Source of the DNA: Setoptus koraiensis
Lineage: Eukaryota > Animalia > Arthropoda
Reading direction: 5' to 3'
Length of the DNA stretch: 64,000 nt
Assembly: GCA_048013815.1 (NCBI GenBank)
Contig: CM106586.1
Coordinates: forward strand, 13,702,001 to 13,766,000
This document shows, piece by piece, positions 61,022 through 64,000 of the stretch. Each line of letters begins with the position of its first letter. Positions within the stretch are counted from its first letter, which is position 1. Under the pieces are notes generated by a model. The model did no database searches and was not told the DNA's origin. It saw nothing but the letters and a program-made list of their open reading frames with translations. Position numbers and translations under genes: made by a program.

Positions 61022-63917
61022 CAAAACAAAAAATATCTCTCATCTCATTCATTTACCATTCATTTGCTGATCAATGATCACAGACAATGGTCACGTTCCA
61101 ATAACATCATCATCATTCAGGACAATCACTAATCAACGACAACAACAACGTCAACTGCAACAGCAACAACAACAACGACAACAACAACATCGACAACAAC
61201 AGCAACAGCGGCAACAACAGTAACAGCAATAGCGACCACAATCAGACAACAACAGTGAAGCAACAACGACAACACCAACAACAACAACAACGACAACACC
61301 AACAACAACTTGCAAAAAACGACAACAACAACAACAACAACTGCCAAACAACAACAGCAACCACCATCAGTAGCAAAGAGTCATAAAAGTCAATTATTAT
61401 TATTATTGAATATTAGTGCTACTCTTCATCGTCGCCGCAACTCGCAAATAAAATTAAAAACAAACATTGCATCATACACCTAGTGAAATAGTTTATTTAT
61501 ATCTAATAGTAGTAGTAAGTCTAACACAGTCTGTTACGCAGATGATACAGTTTATTCATCAGTTTATTCAACTGTTGCTGTTGCGTCGTCGTCGTTGTTG
61601 TTGTTGTTGTTGTTTGAAATGAAAACAACAATTTGATACAATTGTTTGAACAGCGTCGACTGGCGCAGCCATTGCACACACACATCAACTGTGATGTATA
61701 AGTATTAATAAGTTATTATTAATTGTTAATCCTATTATATTGATTATTGACAGTCAAAGCAACATGTTACAATTAACAATAATACTAGAGATAATCATAG
61801 TCAGTTCAGTCAGCTCAAGTTGCGTAATATTTTAATAATGCCCTTAGATTGTGCCCCTAAAAGAATTAGTATTTGAATAGGCGAATCACATGCTACGCTC
61901 AGCTACCGATCAGTTATATCAGTTATATCAGATCGCAAGTCACAAGTGAGTGTGGCCGGCAACAACTGACCGGCTCGATTGGTCAAGTGCAGTGCAGTAT
62001 GTATCACAGTGTAACGCCATTATTATTAAAAGCATTATTTAATTATTATTATATTAATTTAATTGTACCGATATTGTCGCACAAAAGTACACAGTAACCA
62101 AGTGTCGAATTGACACACGAATATTGATGATTATACGCAACAACAACAAGTGAACAACAAGCCGTCAAGAAGTAAACCGAGACAATTACATTCGAATTCC
62201 TCACCGATCTTCTAACTATTCTGGCCACTATCAGCTGTTGTTTGTTGATTGCGCAATAATATTAAAATGTGCAGCATCAACCACAAACCATAACAACCAA
62301 GACGCCAAATAAAGACACAGCAAAATGTACAAAATAATAACACAAAAAACGCACACTGCACACGCACACACACAAATAAATAAAAATGAAACAAATGATA
62401 ATTGATTGAAAATATCGACAATCGCATCGCTAATAATCCTGCGGCCCTGTGATAAAGCAGCCAAAACAACAACAACAACGACAACAACAAACAAACAAAC
62501 AACAAGAAATACTAATTGATTGATTGATTGCCAGCTAGCTACATTGAGTTGATCTCATCTCGACCCAAAATAACTGCGCTACACAGACGCGACGACCAGA
62601 TTAGAATCGCACACTACTTGACTTTTGAATTGATGATGATGCAAAGGCGGCAATTTATTTCGGCAATTTATTATTTCTATAGATTATCATAGATTCTGTG
62701 TGTATTCTATAGATTCTATAGATTGTTGTTGTTAGATTGTTGCCGGCTGCAGATTCGAGCCATCCCATGTTATTGTGTGTGTGTGTGTTTGTATCATGAT
62801 TATTTGATTATCCGCAAAACTTGCTCGCTGCTGCTTGTGAGATCTGGTCTGTAACTTACACAAACTGTGAGTGTGTTTCGGGAAGGGATCGTTATCAACG
62901 TTTTTCGTAGCTCGCACTGAATATGCTCTTGTTGTAGTTGTTGTTGTTGTTGTTGTCGTTGTCTGACAACAACAACAAGCGCTGTTGTGCGCTGTTGTGC
63001 GCTGTTGTGAGCTGTTGGCTTCTTCTTGAGACGCACTCAGATGAAATTGATGATAAAATCAAGTCAGTCAGCCAAACAACGATCTTATCTCGATCACATG
63101 TGTGCGCGTGCTAGCGCTTGAGCAATGGCGTTGGGTGGCCAATTAATTAAATTGATTACATTGATACGCGGCTGCGGTGCTGGCGGCGGCGACGACGACC
63201 ACGCCGGCCCAACCAACCAACGATGCACCGACCAATGATATACGACGCTGCTGACTGGGCCCGAGCCGCGTTGTTATGCGATGCGATTTGATCCGATTCG
63301 AAGCGATTCGAAGCGATTTGTCTCAGACTGTTTGTGATTGTGAGTGCCAGTGCCTGCGTGTGTTCAGTTTGCTGCTGCCAGTGGCGCAAAGCTGATAGAG
63401 AGGCCAGTTTAGGTTAAAAAATAATATTGGTCGGTGGGATTTTCGTTTGTCTTTGTTTTGATACAAGCGCATCGATCGAGCCAGCGAAGCCAGCGACACG
63501 AAGCGGGCAACTTGAAGCCGGCGACACAAGACAACAACGTAGAAAACAGCAAGCAACGCAATTGAAATCTAGTGACCAGCAAGCGCCTATCAACGTTTCA
63601 ATCTCGGCGTGTCAAGATCTCAAATAAAATCTCAAATCAAATCAACTCAACTGTGTTGTGTTGTGTGCACTTTATCAAAACTGTTCATCTGCACTTGTTA
63701 TGCGCTTGCGTTTATCCGGCGCGTTTATCCAGCAGCACACGCAACAATTTCCATCTCATTTATTTATCTGGCGCTGCGTTCGCGTTCGAGCTGTGCCGTG
63801 CCGTGATTACTCCGGTGTCACAATTCTAGCTTACATGTCCATCCGCTCGCTGGAGTGTGTATTTGCACACTATGCTTGCTCTATGCGCCGGCCACTCACT
63901 GCACCACTGTACTAGCT

Positions 63918-63977
63918 GCGGTATATCTGCGGTATTATGCGGTATTACGCGGTATTATGCGGTATTATGCGGCGGTA
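63918..63977. repeat. 10-bp tandem repeat (GCGGTATTAT)
   Basis: Direct reading. Confidence 0.9.
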
Positions 63978-64000
63978 TTAGTATATCCGCAGCATTGCAT

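Larger units (their letters stand above)
23084..62257. promoter_or_regulatory. Non-coding region enriched in C/EBP and PAR-bZIP consensus palindromes
   Basis: 15 RTTGCGCAAY and 8 RTTACGTAAY sites counted, plus many TTATGTAA and TTGCATAA variants. The motifs are certain; a regulatory function is inferred. Confidence 0.5.

Noticed and set aside
22655-63915. The many 60-200 aa ORFs in the track
   Set aside because: Mostly poly-Q/C/L/T or periodic translations of simple repeats, overlapping on both strands with alternative starts; no conserved domain recognised.

Overview
Eukaryotic DNA from a compact, microsatellite-rich invertebrate genome. A mite is plausible but this is inference only. (1) Positions 1-5850 and 14332-20181 are two near-identical copies (offset 14331; about 14 substitutions seen by eye) of a convergent gene pair: an Atos/FAM214 homolog (+) and Smyd4 (-). 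Smyd4 is complete and intronless only in copy 2; copy 1 is cut by a 500-N scaffold gap. (2) Between the copies lie an inverted LTR of a second family and, 4 bp away, an intact Ty3/Gypsy LTR retrotransposon (6569-13525) with identical 269-bp LTRs and no target-site duplication. The element has two unusual properties. In the env position it carries a 318-aa ORF with a RING-like finger, a second Cys finger and a ubiquitin-like domain. Its internal region also holds at least 19 perfect palindromes with different 6-8 bp arms, all centred on C-N-G, and 16 of them lie inside intact ORFs. (3) From about 22 kb to 64 kb I find no recognisable coding exon. This region contains simple and mini-satellites, short perfect fold-backs, a MITE-like element and a strong excess of C/EBP/PAR-bZIP palindromes (RTTGCGCAAY, RTTACGTAAY). 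All counts are manual.
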